64,000 nucleotides of DNA from Macrostomum lignano. Lineage: Eukaryota. The notes under the pieces were generated by a model. That model was given only the letters and a program-made list of their open reading frames with translations, was not told the origin of the DNA and made no database searches. A program made the position numbers and the translations under genes. The stretch spans positions 372,001 to 436,000 of the forward strand of contig NIVC01000292.1 of assembly GCA_002269645.1 (NCBI GenBank), given 5' to 3'. This document shows positions 61,391 to 64,000 of the stretch, piece after piece; the stretch's first letter is position 1, and the number at the start of each line of letters is the position of its first letter.

Positions 61391-62875
61391 CCAGCAGCAG
61401 CCGACGAACCTCCAGCGGAGGCGGCCACCGAGGCAGAGCAGCAGCAGCCGGCGGCGGCCGCTCCGCGACCGCAGCAAGGCAAGAAGCGGCGCCGGCGTCC
61501 GCAGCAGCGGGCATCAGCGGCCGCCGAGGCCCAGGCCGACGCCGACGAGCTTCGCGATCGGCTGCTCAGCCGCGGCAAGCGGGCCGGCCAGTCCGGCGAG
61601 GCCGTGAAATCCGAGGAGCGGCTCCTGCTGCCGCCCTTCCTGACGGCCTCCGGGAACCCCGGCGACGACTCCTCGGCCTGGTCCGTCACCAACCCCGCAG
61701 CCGCTGCCGCCGCGACAGCCGCCGCTGCCGCCGCCGCCTCCAGCGCCGCCGTGAAGCCGGACGTGCAGTTCCCGGCCGCAGACCGGCTCTGCCGCCAGTC
61801 CGCCTGGGTCTGCGCCCTGTGCGGTCGCGGCAACTCCTGCGTGCTCGGCCTGGGGCCGCTGTACGGCCCGTACTACCTGCCTGAGGAACTCGTCCAGGAG
61901 CGCCTCGTGCCGCTGGGCATCGTGTTCGGCAGCGGCGCCAAGCGCTCCGGCTCCGCCCAGCGGGCTGCTGCATCGGCGGCGGGCGTCAGCAGGCAGCGGG
62001 TGACGCGGAACGGCGAGGCCTGGCTGCACCTGGACTGCGCGCTCTGGGCTCCGGACCTGCACCTGTCCGCCTCTGCCGACCCGGCCGGCGGCGGTGGCGG
62101 CCTGAAGCTGCGGGGCCTCGCCGAATGCCTCGCTGGTGGCGCAGGCGGCGACTGCGCGGTCTGCGGCATGTGGGGCGCCCAGGTGGCCTGCGCCCACAGG
62201 CAGTGCCAGTCCGCTGCGCACCTGCCCTGCGCCATTGAGGCCGGTGCGTGCCGACTGCTTGCGTTGCTTTTAATTAGCTGGCTTCCAGGGCTTCTGTTGG
62301 TCCGCTCTGGTTTGGCTCTGCCCTCATATCTGTGGACCTTTAATCCTCAGCCTTTCCATCCCGATGAGCCCTTGAATCCCAATGGCTCCTAATCCCTAGG
62401 AGTCCTATAATCTCAGTGGCTCCTAACCCCCATCAGCCCCTTTAATCCCAATGGCTCCTAATCCCCATGGCCCCTTTAATCCCAATGGCTTCTAATCCCT
62501 ACTAAGAGTCCTATAATCTCAGTGGCTCCTAATCTCCATGACTACTAATCCCCATGAGCCCTTTTATTCCAATGGCTCCTAATCCCTATGAGCCCTTTAA
62601 GCCCAATGGCTCCTGATCCCCATGAACCCTTGAGTCTCAATGACTGCTAACCCACGTGGCCCTTAATCCCATCGTCTCTTTAATTTCCATAGCTCGTAGC
62701 TAAATAAGTCTGTTATTTACTCCCGACTGCTACTGTAAGTAGTATCCGGCACTCTAAGCCACAGCACTCCCCCTTTCCCGCAGGCTGCCTGCTGGATGAG
62801 GAGAAGCTGATCGCCTACTGCGCCCAGCACAGGCAGGGCGGCGGCAAGGCCGGCCCGAGGCCCCCGGCGAGCTGA
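61391..62875 (+). CDS. RAI1/TCF20-like extended PHD (ePHD) finger protein; 5' end unresolved
   Basis: Exon from about 61391 to 62243 plus 62784-62875 (phase 1). Motifs CALCGRG..LGPLYGPY, EAWLHLDCALWA, LRGL.E, CAVCGMWGAQVACAHRQC...HLPCAIEA|GCLLDEEKLIAYCAQH, plus a basic KKRRRRP stretch upstream. No in-frame ATG after the stop at 61349, so an upstream exon is required. Confidence 0.75.
62370..62680. repeat. Degenerate minisatellite in the ePHD gene intron
   Basis: Recurrent TCCCAATGGCTCCTAATCCC core. Confidence 0.8.
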
Positions 62876-64000
62876 ACTGGACTCAGACTGCCCTGCTCAA
62901 TCCATTTAGCTGTGTAAATAGAGCTGCATTTGTGCCTACCTGCAATATCCGGCATCTTTTGCGGAGTTTTCCTGCGCAAACTCTAAATTGGTATTTATTT
63001 TTTTAACTCATCTTCCTTCGTTTTTCATCTGCAGTGATGAGAAGTGCAGAAGCTTTTGTAACCTGCAGACAGCATTCTCTGCTTCTAGAAGCTGCTGCGA
63101 AGCAGGCCTGTGGGATTAGGGAATGTCAGGGGACTCAACCGCGCCTCTGAGCAAACAGCGCCTTCTGTGCTCTGCTTCACCTGGCTCTCCACATCTTGCT
63201 CTCTTGCAACCCAGCTCCCATTATCCCCACCTGTTTGCCTCTTCAATTGCCTAAGCTGAGTAACTATGCCGGAGCGGTTCCGGGTCCTCATCTGCGCACC
63301 TGCGCCGTCACGGCTGCCTGCTCAGCCAATTTTCAAGCAGCAGCCCTGAAGGGGGGCTCCCTGAGAGGCCTACGCTGACTTCCCGCCTGGGATGCTTTCT
63401 GCATTGTCAGCATTTTTTGTACTTTTTTTTAACACCAATGGCTGCCTCCCAGATGTCTCGCTAATGATCAAACTAATGAGGCTTTGGCCTGCTACCAAAC
63501 TGCCTAGCAGCCAGTGTAATGTTTGGCGACAATACGGTAACAACTGTGGCAGCCGGAGCTGAAGCAATTCGGCAACTCTGACTCCTGAAGTCGCAGGCAC
63601 GCACTGGTGCACACGCTCACACAAGGTATACAGCGGCCATGACTTTCTACTCTGCATCACCCCAGTGCGCTTATAATTGGAGTTTGCTTTGTAGCCTAGC
63701 TATCTTTTTACAGGTATTGCAAACAGAATCCCAGCGGATGCAGCAAGTGGAGGCTGTCGCCAATCAGTTTCTGTTCCGTCTCCTGCATGCCAAGCAACAG
63801 GCATTCATATTGCATTCCAAAGTCGCTCCGAAACGGTACTCAAATTCCATCGCTGAGGCATGCAGGCAATTTAGTAAAACAGAAGAGTAGAACAATTTTA
63901 ACAGTGAAAACTTGACCACCAGAGCCAGCATGCTTATCAACATACTCTGGTAGAAATTTGACAGAAAGCTTAAGTTTGGGTGGGATTGAATGTACTTAAT

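Noticed and set aside
63085-63950. Possible exons of another gene (ORFs 63370-63660 on -, 63639-63890 on +)
   Set aside because: The composition is coding-like and has splice-like signals, but I recognised no homology and could not build a consistent gene model; sequence beyond the window is needed.

Overview
This is eukaryotic (metazoan) genomic DNA with GC-rich exons, AT-rich intergenic DNA and introns filled with mini- and microsatellites. That architecture and the animal-type universal stress protein gene point to a lophotrochozoan, possibly a free-living flatworm such as Macrostomum (inference only). Nine host genes were reconstructed by eye from splice sites and homology: TTC30/IFT70 (-, runs off the left edge), CDK5RAP3, a divergent Merlin/NF2-like FERM gene, a DPY19L3-like C-mannosyltransferase, an ELOVL elongase, SKP1, a USP (-), UBE2D and a compact RAI1/TCF20-like ePHD gene. 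A very young 9.35-kb Ty3/Gypsy LTR retrotransposon lies on the minus strand (34293-43642). It has apparently identical 948-bp LTRs, a tRNA-Leu PBS, a GGGAAAC -1 gag-pol frameshift site, a frameshifted integrase tail and an unexplained, non-env 331-aa third ORF. The window also holds several MITEs (mariner-, hAT- and CCC..GGG-type), a decayed MULE transposase and a LINE 3' fragment. Three patterns stand out: the retroelement ORF3, tandem arrays built from the splice junctions themselves (DPY19L, UBE2D), and a 3' splice acceptor 1-27 nt upstream of the ATG in all eight genes with a defined start (5'-UTR introns or SL trans-splicing/operons). Exon coordinates are manual predictions, not transcript-verified.
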